From the IMG/VR virus record IMGVR_UViG_3300034012_003212, positions 62,001 through 126,000 of that record: DNA of 64,000 nucleotides, one strand, 5' to 3'. How positions within the stretch are numbered: position 1 is the first letter of the stretch; each line of letters begins with the position of its first letter. A model generated the notes under the pieces. The model worked only from the letters and a program-made list of their open reading frames with translations. It was not told the DNA's origin and ran no database searches. A program made the translations under genes and the position numbers. This document shows, piece after piece, positions 9,144 through 18,884 of the stretch.

Positions 9144-10559
9144 TTATTGCCTTCTTGCCGATTTAATCCATTCCCGTTTTGTGAGGTAAATTTCCTGGGA
9201 AAAACCTATTTGTTTAGACGGATCATAGATTATCTTATGGCCTTTAACAAAATAGAAGTCAGTGAGAAAAAAATTGATTGTCGCTGTTGTTTTGTCGTTT
9301 AGAAATATGATCGGAACGCTCTCGTCCAATTGGTCTATTTTATCAGCATATGATAATATCTCCAAAAATAGCCTTTGACCTCGGTGAACAAAGAAATTCG
9401 GAGTTGCTAGACTCGCCTCAACAATGATCTTATCCATCTGGATGTTATTGAACTTATTCTGCAGCGAAGCAAAATTGTAGTTCCGATGAACATTTCCAGT
9501 AGGATACGAATACTGTAGTCCTGCCCACTCACGAACTGATTGAAGTGATGTCCCTAAATTTGAAAAAATGCTAACCATCTTTTCTGGCGCATTTTCTGTC
9601 CTGAGTGGTACCAGCGAATCTTTTACAATATCCTTGACTGTGAAATCATAGAACGAATAATCCTTGTACACACCTTCTTTATATGTCAGAAGCGATGCAT
9701 TGTTAATTATGTTGTATTGCAATACAAAGTTATTAAACGATGCAAAATTCATGTTATTGGTGAGCCTAAAAACATCTAGCTGTGTTTCAAAAGTTGAATT
9801 TTCACTAGGTACTCTGATGTTTATATCGCTTATGACACCAGGCTGCCCGTCCTTTGAAAAAACGAACTGTTTATTCACATCAACGAAATTCAGATTGTAA
9901 TAGAAATCAACGAATGCGATGAAAAAACTATTCTCCCCGTCCCATGAATGTTCTGCTATTGATTTGATGTAACTCTCGTAGTTTCCCATATGGATCCACT
10001 TCATCTTATCGTCGGTTGAATCCACGTTCGATGCGAATCCAAGTGAAAGATCTTCGGCGAGTTTCATGAGGGCAGAATAGCTTGTGTCCTCTATCGAAAA
10101 TGTCTTATGATCGTATAATTTTGGTATGAACAGTCTCCCTGTTATGCTCAGGAAACCCTCGCCCGCGTCGCTGGGAAAATCACTCCCATCATAGTTTACC
10201 GTGATGATCTGATAATCATTTCTTATGGGTTTTATGTTATCATTAGGAGATCTAACGAATACTGAAATAACGTCTCCAGCTCTTGGAAATGATTTTGCAA
10301 AAAAGTTGGCCTTTCCTGGCATTATGCTTATGGTGAGCGATATTTTGGGAAGAAACCCCATACAATCGATCTCCATGTGACGTATCTTATTTCGCTGGAT
10401 TTCAGCTCCATTTAAGACTATGTATGGAAATGCCTGACCGAGGTAGGATGCATTATAACCCTGGGGGCCTCCGTAATCAAGGCGTTGTTCGAACGCCTCG
10501 AGCTGCACAAGAGGTACCTTTGATTTTATCTTTTCTTTTATGTTTATCTGATCTAACAC
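9144..10559 (-). CDS. Baseplate hub protein, gp27/late-control-D-like
   Basis: 471 aa, beta-rich, between the gp53-like gene and gp5; assignment rests mainly on synteny. Confidence 0.5.
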   Translation of the reverse strand: MLDQINIKEKIKSKVPLVQLEAFEQRLDYGGPQGYNASYLGQAFPYIVLNGAEIQRNKIRHMEIDCMGFLPKISLTISIMPGKANFFAKSFPRAGDVISVFVRSPNDNIKPIRNDYQIITVNYDGSDFPSDAGEGFLSITGRLFIPKLYDHKTFSIEDTSYSALMKLAEDLSLGFASNVDSTDDKMKWIHMGNYESYIKSIAEHSWDGENSFFIAFVDFYYNLNFVDVNKQFVFSKDGQPGVISDINIRVPSENSTFETQLDVFRLTNNMNFASFNNFVLQYNIINNASLLTYKEGVYKDYSFYDFTVKDIVKDSLVPLRTENAPEKMVSIFSNLGTSLQSVREWAGLQYSYPTGNVHRNYNFASLQNKFNNIQMDKIIVEASLATPNFFVHRGQRLFLEILSYADKIDQLDESVPIIFLNDKTTATINFFLTDFYFVKGHKIIYDPSKQIGFSQEIYLTKREWIKSARRQ

Positions 10560-10560
10560 G

Positions 10561-11175
10561 TTAACCTAGTAAACGATTTTTAATCAATTTAGAAACCAAT
10601 TCTCCCTTGCTGATCGGCTGATTTTCATTCGTCACACATTTACCTATGTTCGGAGCGAATATCACCCTGCCGCCCTTTACTATAAACTGCTTATCCCCGA
10701 AATCTGCAACAGTAGGAGGAAGGCCACTTCCATTCTGCTGTAATTCTGATTCCTGTTTATCGAATGCTCTGTTGAATTTCTGTATGGAAGATTCCGACTT
10801 TCTATCATCGACATCCTTGAATGAAATCCTGAAATCTTGTACCTTTTCATCCCTTGAGTCATCATTCTTTCTATTAAGAATGTTTCTAGAAAATGAAACT
10901 AGTTGAGGTATAACGAGTGAATTGTTCATCTCGATGGAAAAAGGATTTGATATGCCATTTGCTTTACATATTTCATCCTGATGATCATCGCTTCCATACA
11001 CTCTAAGAGACACAAGATCTGGTCTTGATTGTTCCCCGTCCTTTACGAGTGTGTATGAAAGAGGCTGAACACCGTCCAATGTATCAAGGGTCTTTTCGGT
11101 TAAAAGCACCTTCTCTACATTACCGTACTCGTCTATCTTTTTAGGTTTCTTTGAAAGAATTATTGACTCAAACAT
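10561..11175 (-). CDS. gp53: Baseplate wedge gp53-like (LysM-type) protein
   Basis: YTLVKDGEQSRPDLVSLRVYGSDDHQDEICKANGISNPF. Confidence 0.75.
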   Translation of the reverse strand: MFESIILSKKPKKIDEYGNVEKVLLTEKTLDTLDGVQPLSYTLVKDGEQSRPDLVSLRVYGSDDHQDEICKANGISNPFSIEMNNSLVIPQLVSFSRNILNRKNDDSRDEKVQDFRISFKDVDDRKSESSIQKFNRAFDKQESELQQNGSGLPPTVADFGDKQFIVKGGRVIFAPNIGKCVTNENQPISKGELVSKLIKNRLLG

Positions 11176-11779
11176 CTGATTGTAATTTTTTTAAGATCCA
11201 AAATGAATCAATGACATCATCCACCGGTTTTACCACCTTATCTTTCTTGAGAACTTCATCAATCGATGATGAAATCCTAACATGAACGTCGTTTTTCTTG
11301 ACAGAGAGATCATCCAATTCAATGAACTTTTCAAGCAATTGCACTTTATTGAATTTTCCGCTCCCAGCAAAGGCCTTTATAGTCATAGGAGAATAGAAAT
11401 ACATGTTGTTTAATTCAATGGATTTATTTTCCACTAACATGTACCGTAAAAGGAACTGATATGAAACAAGTTCTAAAAGAGAGTTTCCTTTACTTCCAAA
11501 TGAATGTCCTTCAAATGCAACATGTGTAACACCTCTTTTAGAGATCTCTAGGTAAATATTAGAACACAGATGTTTTGCATCATCCATCTTCATCCGTTCA
11601 TTTGAGCAGTAGTTCTTGTGTGATTCCCTTTTTGGGAGGACCCATTGTTGGAAATTTTTATTTCCAAGCCAGAAGTATTTAGAAGCCTCACGGCCGAAAT
11701 GCAGCCACGAGTATTCTCCATCTGAAAATATGCAAACAGACGCTGAATTTATGCTAAAGTCTATGCCGGCTAAAACCAT
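11168..11779 (-). CDS. RuvC-like Holliday junction resolvase
   Basis: LAGIDFSINS...VAFEGHSFGSKG...PMTIKAFAGSGKFNK...DDVIDSFWI (RNase H fold acidic tetrad). Confidence 0.8.
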   Translation of the reverse strand: MVLAGIDFSINSASVCIFSDGEYSWLHFGREASKYFWLGNKNFQQWVLPKRESHKNYCSNERMKMDDAKHLCSNIYLEISKRGVTHVAFEGHSFGSKGNSLLELVSYQFLLRYMLVENKSIELNNMYFYSPMTIKAFAGSGKFNKVQLLEKFIELDDLSVKKNDVHVRISSSIDEVLKKDKVVKPVDDVIDSFWILKKLQSDV

Positions 11780-11806
11780 GAAGTAGAGAATTTGTGTTGT
11801 AAAAGA

Positions 11807-14422
11807 TTAACCTAGAAAATTGTTTCCGATTCCAAAATTATTCGACTTCATTTGATTTATCGTAGCTTTAGCCGCTTCTTTCGCCTGGTTAAAGTTATCA
11901 TTTGCACTGGTGGATGCATCCTGATTCTTATTTGCGCCTCCGGTTGGAGATTTTGCCGGATCGTTTTGTTTAGGCCTACTGATATGAGGAGACACCGGTG
12001 ATATGCTTTGATTCAAACCTTCTTGGTTCTGGGCCTTCAGTGTTACCATCTGATTTGGCTTTGCGTTCATTGAATTTTCAATTCCCTGATCATTTGTCTC
12101 TCTTGCCTTGGTCTCTTGAAGCTCCTCAATTGATGGAAGGTTGTTGCTATCAGCTTTAGGTATGTAAAGTCCACCGTGGCCATCATTGAACACAGATTCT
12201 ATGTCTGCATTTGCACGGGGCATTCCTGGTTTAAGGGAAACTGTCGCCCTCATCTCAGTGGGAAAATCATCCGCTCCCAAATTATCATTGAACTCTATCC
12301 TAACTCCGGTGCATATGAGATTTCCCATTTTTGCTATAGGGTTGAACGGATTTCCTACTGTAATATGCCATTCACCAGTAGGAGCCCCGGTTCTAAATGC
12401 CTGGAATACAGGAAGGGATGCATTTGAGCCTCCTGCGGAAAGACCGAACATTCCCGATAGAAGGTCGTACAGCGCATAATCCTCTAATTTATCTAGCGTG
12501 GTTTGAAGATACCCCGTGTTAGCAGTACTCTGAGATATATCAACGGATCCTGGGTACAACGCCTTGGTCTCAGCAGAGCTCGACGGTGTTTCCTGATTTG
12601 CACTAACATGGGCGTTCACAAGATCTATTATCTGCTGGAACGTTGTGTCTTTTCCGAAACTCTCGACGAGTATATTCTTCAGGGCTTCTGTTGCAGACTT
12701 AAAATCACCTGACCAAAATCCTTGAACGAGTTTTAGCGTCTGACCTTCATCCAATAATGGAAATATTCCTTTATCAAGGAAAAAGCGCGCTTCACCTCCC
12801 CAGAAATTTCCACGATAATGGCAAGTCGCAAGAATATTTGCCATTATATCCAACATTACAGCTTTAGAATTAAGGTGACCGATGGACTTTAATGTGTAAT
12901 CAAAAACCAAACTTATACCATCAGTTCCGATTCCTCCGGTTAGTCCCGGCGTCCTTTCGTTCACAGATGATATAACATTAAATGGCTTCTGGTAAATATC
13001 CTGTAAATAACCACCACGATCGTACGGGTTGTATGTATCCCTATACGATTCAAGCCCCCCTGCTCTTTCTGGGTCAACGAGTCCAGAAAATGATAGCAAG
13101 CCCTTTGTGAGATCCTTCGCAGAAAGTCCGGATAGGGCCCCTTTCATGAGGGATGCGGCAAGACTCGCACCGCCAAATGACACAAGATTTGTCAATGATC
13201 CAGCAGCATTCGAGAGCTGGGATGCCTTTTCGGAAGCGAATTTTCCAATAGAACTATCTTTAAACAATGAAAGAGCATCTGTGCTTTTTCCTCCGAACAA
13301 ATTAATGTACTGTAGCTGTGAATCCTTGGACTGAACTGAAATCGATGGATTTATTGATAAAATCCTTGATAGTGAGTTCCCTGAAGGTCCACCGAAAAAT
13401 GTCACCATCTGAGCAACTGGGTTATTTGACCAGCCTTGAATGCTTGATTTTTTTGAGAAGTACGGACTCCTCTGCCTATCATCATTGATAGGGAACATAT
13501 AGCGTCGTAGCGTTATCTGGCGATTTAAAGGGATCTTATTATAATACTTAAGCCACAAGAAATCAGATGCCCTATATGGTGTTGGATTAGATTGAGAAAA
13601 GTTCCCGTACTTTGCAAGTATATTCGTAAGAGTCACTTCCTTCTTATTAAAGGAATTCAATCCATCTCTAAACTCTTTATCCAATAAGAGTTTTGACTGA
13701 AGCTCAGAATCCTCTCCTGCGCTATTCTTGTTTGCAACAAGATTCAATCGGAACACATAGTACGGATTCATAAGAGGTTCCACGCCCTTGAAATATATCG
13801 GGGTGTTTCCGTCCTTTGCCTTTCCTTGTGTGTATGATTTATGAGCAGTTATTGGACCAAAGTATGTGTATGATAGCCTTGAATCAGTGACTCCGAGGTT
13901 TGTTGTCTTCGCTGCCTCTGGACTGAGGAAAGAATTCACAGCGCCTCTTGCCAAATCTTTAACATCCTGAACAACAGAACGAGCAGCAGATTTAAACGTC
14001 TGCTTTGCCTCGTTTGCAGTAGAAGCGTAAAGATTATTTGCGAGGGTCTTAACTTCGCTCTTGGGGTCTCTTAGAAGATTCGATGGGTTTATCTGTGATA
14101 ACTCATCTGTGACAAAATTATTACCAAAGGTGGATGTTATACTTGAAATAGGAAGAACATCCTGTATGACACCGAAGTAGTTACCACGAACATTAAATTT
14201 GCTAGGGTCAGAGAGAACAGAGAATCTATCAAAATTTGGGCCCAACGCCTGAGCAGTATTATCAGAAACTTTATTGATGTTTACTATAGTGCTAATGACC
14301 TTCTGTGCCGGATCTGCTCCATATTTCATACCACTGGCCATAACATTTGTGACAGAACCCTCGGGCATGTTCACATAGTTCTTTGGCAGAGATGACGATA
14401 TTGCTTCTGAAAAAATTGGCAT
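11807..14422 (-). CDS. Large virion structural protein, possibly a gp48/gp54-like tube initiator
   Basis: IPLNRQITLRRY...WHITVGNPFNPIAKMGNLICTGVRIEFND...DFPTEMRATVSL; directly downstream of gp25. Confidence 0.45.
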   Translation of the reverse strand: MPIFSEAISSSLPKNYVNMPEGSVTNVMASGMKYGADPAQKVISTIVNINKVSDNTAQALGPNFDRFSVLSDPSKFNVRGNYFGVIQDVLPISSITSTFGNNFVTDELSQINPSNLLRDPKSEVKTLANNLYASTANEAKQTFKSAARSVVQDVKDLARGAVNSFLSPEAAKTTNLGVTDSRLSYTYFGPITAHKSYTQGKAKDGNTPIYFKGVEPLMNPYYVFRLNLVANKNSAGEDSELQSKLLLDKEFRDGLNSFNKKEVTLTNILAKYGNFSQSNPTPYRASDFLWLKYYNKIPLNRQITLRRYMFPINDDRQRSPYFSKKSSIQGWSNNPVAQMVTFFGGPSGNSLSRILSINPSISVQSKDSQLQYINLFGGKSTDALSLFKDSSIGKFASEKASQLSNAAGSLTNLVSFGGASLAASLMKGALSGLSAKDLTKGLLSFSGLVDPERAGGLESYRDTYNPYDRGGYLQDIYQKPFNVISSVNERTPGLTGGIGTDGISLVFDYTLKSIGHLNSKAVMLDIMANILATCHYRGNFWGGEARFFLDKGIFPLLDEGQTLKLVQGFWSGDFKSATEALKNILVESFGKDTTFQQIIDLVNAHVSANQETPSSSAETKALYPGSVDISQSTANTGYLQTTLDKLEDYALYDLLSGMFGLSAGGSNASLPVFQAFRTGAPTGEWHITVGNPFNPIAKMGNLICTGVRIEFNDNLGADDFPTEMRATVSLKPGMPRANADIESVFNDGHGGLYIPKADSNNLPSIEELQETKARETNDQGIENSMNAKPNQMVTLKAQNQEGLNQSISPVSPHISRPKQNDPAKSPTGGANKNQDASTSANDNFNQAKEAAKATINQMKSNNFGIGNNFLG

Positions 14423-14784
14423 CAGTTGGTTATTTGGAAAACAAGTTTCGAATCTATATAAACATCAAGTATCATTATCTTTGAGATCTCTCCATCACTT
14501 ATGTAGAGATCAAATTCAACTTGAACAGTTGGAAAATACGGTGAGATGAACTGGGCGTACTGGTAATTTATCTCTGAGAGAACGGTATCTTTGTCCAGTT
14601 CAAACTCAAAGAGCATGTCTTCCAAGTTTAATCCGTAATTTGGATATGCTATGACTTCCCCTGGGCAGGTCGCAAACAACATCATGAGGTGCTGCACGAG
14701 TACTTCGAGCATTTCACCTTCTTCGATCTTGTTCTCAACGAACTTTGGATCGTCTTCATTTCTTATATAGATTTCACGAAGCAT
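14422..14784 (-). CDS. gp25: Baseplate wedge gp25-like protein
   Basis: LVQHLMMLFATCPGEVIAYPNYGLNLEDMLFE. Confidence 0.8.
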   Translation of the reverse strand: MLREIYIRNEDDPKFVENKIEEGEMLEVLVQHLMMLFATCPGEVIAYPNYGLNLEDMLFEFELDKDTVLSEINYQYAQFISPYFPTVQVEFDLYISDGEISKIMILDVYIDSKLVFQITN

Positions 14785-14789
14785 AGAAC

Positions 14790-15521
14790 TTAGTGTACTT
14801 GGAGGAAGTAATCGGCAGTGTTGACACCATCAACCTGCGCGAGAACCTTGTCTATCATTGCATTGCCTTGGCTTTCGAACGCAGATGCGTTCACTGCAGC
14901 GCCGCCAGGAAGAGAAAATGTCATGAACGAATAAACCCTTGACATGCTTATCATAGCTTTACCTTTCACGTAATCTATGAACAGCGGATCATCATACAAC
15001 TTATCGCTCTGTATCTTGGTCATGACCTGCATAGAGACGTCGTGCTTGGGATCACGCCCAAGAAGTGTAAAATGGTGTGTATTCTGATTGTAATCAAATT
15101 GGATTCTTTCTAAGAAATACGCGCGTGTTAGATCGTAGTACGCATACTGGGCCGTACGATACACGAGATCATCGCTTCCGAATGGAGCCAGATATAGCTC
15201 TGCTGCAACCAAACGATTCTCGGTTATATCACGATCAACCATACCAAAGAAATTGCTTCCTCTGACTTCCTTAACATCAAGGACTGAAACAACACAATCA
15301 GGTAGAACTATCTGTCTCCTGTTCTTTTTCCACACAGTATCGAATTTAGCAAGGGGTAGTATGTAATAAACAGTTTCAACTGCATACCGATAGTTTTGAA
15401 AAAACCATCTTTCGGCATCATTTATGATCCTATCGATCTCCTTTATTCCTATAGAGGTCGGTATAGCACCCGATGCTGTTATTTCATCCTGTACGAGTTC
15501 TATCAATTGATCTTTTACCAT
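14790..15521 (-). CDS. gp13: Neck/head-completion protein, gp13-like
   Basis: IDRIINDAERWFFQNYRYAVE...IDYVKGKAMISMSRVYSFMTFSLPGGAAVN. Confidence 0.75.
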   Translation of the reverse strand: MVKDQLIELVQDEITASGAIPTSIGIKEIDRIINDAERWFFQNYRYAVETVYYILPLAKFDTVWKKNRRQIVLPDCVVSVLDVKEVRGSNFFGMVDRDITENRLVAAELYLAPFGSDDLVYRTAQYAYYDLTRAYFLERIQFDYNQNTHHFTLLGRDPKHDVSMQVMTKIQSDKLYDDPLFIDYVKGKAMISMSRVYSFMTFSLPGGAAVNASAFESQGNAMIDKVLAQVDGVNTADYFLQVH

Positions 15522-15525
15522 GCAC

Positions 15526-15563
15526 TATATATAAAAAAAGGGATACGCTTTTTACGTATCCCT
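15526..15563 (-). terminator. Intrinsic terminator whose U-tract runs into a late-promoter-like TATATATA
   Basis: Perfect 9-bp stem AGGGATACG/CGTATCCCT (15539-15563), then a T run and TATATATA, 5 nt before the gp13 ATG. Confidence 0.75.
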
Positions 15564-15603
15564 CGTTTCCTTATCAAATTATGATAGGGAAACCCCCGTT
15601 ATT

Positions 15604-15822
15604 TTAATCAATCAGTACGTTTCTTAGCTTCAACACACGTTCTTCCGCCTTTTCTTTTTCCTTGAAGCAATTACCAACATTCCACCTTAGTTGGTTTATC
15701 GGTATTTTTTCATCCCAGGTCCAACAGTGAACAACCGGAACCAACATAGAAAATGTATGAAATGAATCTATGTAGTAGTACTGTTCATTATTCTGCGGCT
15801 TCCATCTTTTACAATCTTCCAT
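15604..15822 (-). CDS. Small hypothetical phage protein
   Basis: 72 aa, RWKPQNNEQYYYID...GNCFKEKEKAE; tiles with its neighbours. Confidence 0.7.
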   Translation of the reverse strand: MEDCKRWKPQNNEQYYYIDSFHTFSMLVPVVHCWTWDEKIPINQLRWNVGNCFKEKEKAEERVLKLRNVLID

Positions 15823-15828
15823 TTAAGC

Positions 15829-16185
15829 TCATCTCACAGTTAAGATAGAATCTACTTCCATTTTCATTTCAGGCAGCTGTGACGAAACACACGCAAAGTA
15901 TTTTTTTACCTTTACATCATTTGCAATTAGGGTCTTCTTTATATTGCATATAAGCTGCGAGGACAGCTCTTTGTTAATGTAAACGATCGAGCTTTTCTTG
16001 TTCTTAAACGCAAATAAAAATTCATCCAACAACATCATATTGAGCGCGAATGTATACGAGTCTTTATCCGCATATGAAGAACTATTCGAAGAAGATAAGA
16101 TCTTTGCAACATTGATAACATATGGTCTATTTCCTAACGCATACTTAGGAAGACTATACTTTTGATCGCAAAAAATGAAATTCAT
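15829..16185 (-). CDS. Hypothetical protein
   Basis: 118-aa ORF in a co-oriented operon. Confidence 0.6.
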   Translation of the reverse strand: MNFIFCDQKYSLPKYALGNRPYVINVAKILSSSNSSSYADKDSYTFALNMMLLDEFLFAFKNKKSSIVYINKELSSQLICNIKKTLIANDVKVKKYFACVSSQLPEMKMEVDSILTVR

Positions 16186-16197
16186 CTATGAATTATT

Positions 16198-16785
16198 TTA
16201 TCCGATTAAAGACCTATGGATTGCATCCTTAATCGCATCCGAAACATCTTCTTTATTCACACCTTCGAGTAAAACATCGAGCACTTCATCAAAAACACCT
16301 TCATCAAATGATTCTGACACAAATTGCATGAATTGTTTAGTTGGAAGATCGACCTTGATCTCAATACTTAAAGTGTTGCTAGATGTTTTTGCCTTTGCGA
16401 GAAGATTTGCTGCAAAACTTCCAGCCTTTGACTTTTTCTGCTGCTGTTGTTGAACAGGGGCCTCTACTGGTTTTACTGGTTCTGGAATGACTTCAATAGA
16501 CGCGGATTCTGTCTGTTTTTTATGTTCCTCGAATGATTTTGCTGGACCTGTTCTAGAAGGAAACCTTTCTTCCTTTGGATACATCCTTCTTAAAGAAACT
16601 TCATCCATTGCAATATTCCTATCATTGAGTATGATGAATGCCTTTCCGTAAAGATGCATAGGAATTGACCTACCGCTAGCCGGAATCACAACGTCCTGTT
16701 TTCCGTCGAACATCTGTTCGGCTGGTTCAACGACAGCAAATTTATCGTCAGTTAGCCACTGGATGAATTGTTGACCGTTACTCAT
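16198..16785 (-). CDS. Hypothetical protein
   Basis: 195-aa ORF with a central P/E/Q-rich linker. Confidence 0.65.
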   Translation of the reverse strand: MSNGQQFIQWLTDDKFAVVEPAEQMFDGKQDVVIPASGRSIPMHLYGKAFIILNDRNIAMDEVSLRRMYPKEERFPSRTGPAKSFEEHKKQTESASIEVIPEPVKPVEAPVQQQQQKKSKAGSFAANLLAKAKTSSNTLSIEIKVDLPTKQFMQFVSESFDEGVFDEVLDVLLEGVNKEDVSDAIKDAIHRSLIG

Positions 16786-17111
16786 GCAAACAACCTCATT
16801 AAATTATCTTCGTAAAATCTCCTTTTGTCTTGATCCATCTGATCGATCTGGGATAACACAGTATTTTTCAATTGTATTAGAACCTTAGAAAAATGGACCA
16901 CTGCACCATCCGCTAGAACGTCTTTTTGGTTAGACATGAAACTACCGGTTATTCCTTTTAACCTCCAGAATATGTAAGGAGGAGAATCTATATATTCAAT
17001 GGTAACCTGCTTCCAACCAGGAGGTTGTATGAACATCCTATCAGCTTGGTCCCATTCAAGTGATTCTTCTAAATTGTAATCGAGCTTCATACTATATTCC
17101 TTGGCCACCAA
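16782..17111 (-). CDS. Hypothetical protein
   Basis: 109-aa ORF overlapping both neighbours. Confidence 0.6.
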   Translation of the reverse strand: MVAKEYSMKLDYNLEESLEWDQADRMFIQPPGWKQVTIEYIDSPPYIFWRLKGITGSFMSNQKDVLADGAVVHFSKVLIQLKNTVLSQIDQMDQDKRRFYEDNLMRLFA

Positions 17112-17779
17112 TCATCTTTCTGTATACCCATGAGCTCTAAAACTAATTCCAGTTCCCGGTCTGCGTTTATCCTATTGGGTAATTGCCAGTGCTGGCTCCC
17201 AACGGGTTTGGTGTGCTTTACGACAACAGAATCAACTATTCCTAGACCTTCATACTTTAGTTCCTTTGCCCATATTATATCCTGCCCCCAGCCGGAGTAT
17301 GTGATCTTTAACGTCCATAGTAGATTCTTCAGGACCTCAGATTTAAACAATGGGCACATTATCTCGACAAAATTAGTCCTTCTGAATCCATTTTTATTCC
17401 TATTGACGACGAGTTCGAAGCTTCTAAAACTATCTTGTGACAATGACGGCTGGCATATATTGCAGTCATTTGATTCCGCCTCGTCGAATAATCTTACTAT
17501 GTCATCAACTGTACCAAAATCAACATCATAATCAGGAAGCCAGATGTACTTATACTTATTAAAAACTTCCGGCCAATGCGTGTTCAGTATATTGTACAGT
17601 ATATGGTGCTTGAACCCCTTGAATGAAAACGTCTTCATGGACTTTGAAATATCAAAATCCGGTGGTATTGTGTCGAACGATATGTGCGCAACATCGAATC
17701 CAGGGCCGCCGTACAAAGAATTGTAAAAGCCTCCTGGTGCTATCGTACACAACACTAGTCTATCGTTATTGCTTCGCAT
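17087..17779 (-). CDS. DUF707-family putative glycosyltransferase (GT-A-like)
   Basis: YKYIWLPDYD...CQPSLSQDS...RRTNFVEIMCPLF...SGWGQDIIW. Confidence 0.8.
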   Translation of the reverse strand: MRSNNDRLVLCTIAPGGFYNSLYGGPGFDVAHISFDTIPPDFDISKSMKTFSFKGFKHHILYNILNTHWPEVFNKYKYIWLPDYDVDFGTVDDIVRLFDEAESNDCNICQPSLSQDSFRSFELVVNRNKNGFRRTNFVEIMCPLFKSEVLKNLLWTLKITYSGWGQDIIWAKELKYEGLGIVDSVVVKHTKPVGSQHWQLPNRINADRELELVLELMGIQKDDWWPRNIV

Positions 17780-18002
17780 TCTGCTGCTTCTCTTGATTTG
17801 ACGACATTGACTCTATCGTCTTTGTCTTATCAAAAAATGTCACGGCGTCATATACCATCTTGGACTCCTGGAGTGTGTATGCGCCTCTTTGCTGAGCCCG
17901 CTCAACTGCACTTATGAGTATGTTGATCGCTTTTACTGGATCATCAACAACAAATTGAGGTTGTTCCTGTTGTTTTTCTGCCGTCGTATTTGTTTCTTCC
18001 AT
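17766..18002 (-). CDS. Small conserved-type hypothetical viral protein
   Basis: AINILISAVERAQQRGAYTLQESKMVYDAV. Confidence 0.65.
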   Translation of the reverse strand: MEETNTTAEKQQEQPQFVVDDPVKAINILISAVERAQQRGAYTLQESKMVYDAVTFFDKTKTIESMSSNQEKQQNAKQ

Positions 18003-18011
18003 CTTTACTCC

Positions 18012-18854
18012 TTATTTAAGTATGAATTTTTTTAATAGATTAAGATAATCCTGTTGTTTCATCGATTCTAATCTTTCTTTGTCCGATACTATGCATTCCA
18101 TCTCATTGATAAAAGCATCATTGTTTCCGTCAAAAATAGAAACAATGTTGAATTCATATGGGGTTTTTGCAAGTTCATCTGAATCAAAACCATCTACAAT
18201 CTTTTGTGCAACATCAAAATGCCTCTCGTAGTAGTGTGTGTTGTCAGAGAAATGGTGGTATGTGCCCAGTTTAATGTTTTCATACCCCCTCAACTTCAAT
18301 TGATGCAGCATCGATTGCTGTACTGTTGAGAAGAATGGCGCGTCATATTGCAGTCCATAGAATATATCGTTTGATCTCATCTGTACCTTCATGTTTAATT
18401 TCGAATCTCTGACCCAAAAATTAACATACATCGTACACACGAAATCTTTTACACCACTTTTCTGGTAATCAGGGGTGTTAAACACCATAACAGCTTGTCT
18501 TGTGTTTATATCATTCGCGAGACAGTCCAATGCCCACTGGAACTGATCATGATTCCTCTTTTGAATGATGTAGCCATAATTGGAATTTATGATTCCATTC
18601 ACTCTGAGATTATCCCAGAAATTAGAGAAGTGGCGGATCTTGTCAGTAGAAAGATCGCACAACATGTACCACCACAATTCTCCTGCAAAATATTTCCAGT
18701 TGAACTTCCTCGATGAGAAGTTCATGATACAGAGTCTGGGATCGATCTCTAGGTGTGTGAGAGTCTTTTCCCTCACCTTTAGGTTTCTTGGCGCACATTC
18801 ATCCTGCATTGTAATCAGAAGATCGTACACACACTGATTTAGGCTTTTAGGCAT
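18012..18854 (-). CDS. gp42: dCMP hydroxymethylase-like enzyme (thymidylate synthase superfamily, cytosine-specific clade)
   Basis: YFAGELWWY, KDFVCTMY and MRSNDIFYGLQYD parallel T4 gp42 (RELEWY, SDFMCTNT, MRSNDVVFGFRND); Asp rather than Asn at the specificity position. Confidence 0.8.
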   Translation of the reverse strand: MPKSLNQCVYDLLITMQDECAPRNLKVREKTLTHLEIDPRLCIMNFSSRKFNWKYFAGELWWYMLCDLSTDKIRHFSNFWDNLRVNGIINSNYGYIIQKRNHDQFQWALDCLANDINTRQAVMVFNTPDYQKSGVKDFVCTMYVNFWVRDSKLNMKVQMRSNDIFYGLQYDAPFFSTVQQSMLHQLKLRGYENIKLGTYHHFSDNTHYYERHFDVAQKIVDGFDSDELAKTPYEFNIVSIFDGNNDAFINEMECIVSDKERLESMKQQDYLNLLKKFILK

Positions 18855-18884
18855 ATCTATTTTATAGATTTACTGACCGACTGT

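Noticed and set aside
18012-18854. Canonical thymidylate synthase ThyA
   Set aside because: It has DFVCT and RSND...D (dCMP type) instead of LPPCH and RSxD...N.
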